A stretch of DNA of 5,968 nucleotides. Source: Octopus sinensis. Its lineage: Eukaryota. Each line of letters starts with the position of its first letter. The stretch's first letter is position 1. The translations under genes were made by a program, and so were the position numbers. The stretch is from contig NW_021829725.1 in the NCBI RefSeq assembly GCF_006345805.1, positions 1 to 5,968 of the forward strand, read 5' to 3'. Positions 5,935-5,968 of the stretch are shown in pieces. The notes under the pieces are model-generated. The model was not told where the DNA came from and ran no database searches. It was given only the letters and a program-made list of their open reading frames with translations.

Positions 5935-5968
5935 AGTATATATATTATATATATATATATATATATAT
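5935..5968. repeat. (TA)n microsatellite at the window end
   Basis: Directly visible. Confidence 0.9.

Overview
AT-rich, microsatellite-dense eukaryotic repeat DNA, probably cephalopod (Octopus-like, inferred from the SINE and the (TA)n density). I see no host gene. The window is a pile-up of Penelope-like retroelements (PLEs). (1) A 5'-truncated, frameshifted Neptune-type PLE lies on the minus strand (RT, Cys-rich linker and GIY-YIG endonuclease, 3624->2296), with a repeat-rich 3' UTR and a hammerhead-bearing 3' end (about 1560->1379). (2) Two ~225-bp, ~96-97% identical copies of a different hammerhead-bearing PLE end bracket it in inverted orientation (1141-1364 +, 3697-3921 -). (3) Two more PLE 3' ends meet tail-to-tail near 170-180. 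(4) A second, unrelated Naiad/Nematis-like GIY-YIG pseudogene lies at 5085->4612. (5) A tRNA-derived SINE occupies 731-1132. There are five minimal type I hammerhead-like motifs from three families, and none has the canonical CUGANGA core. Four of them are followed by a conserved motif (UUUC-CY-GAGC) that is antisense to their own catalytic GAAA and stem II, a candidate ribozyme off-switch. All alignments and translations were done by eye, with no database searches.
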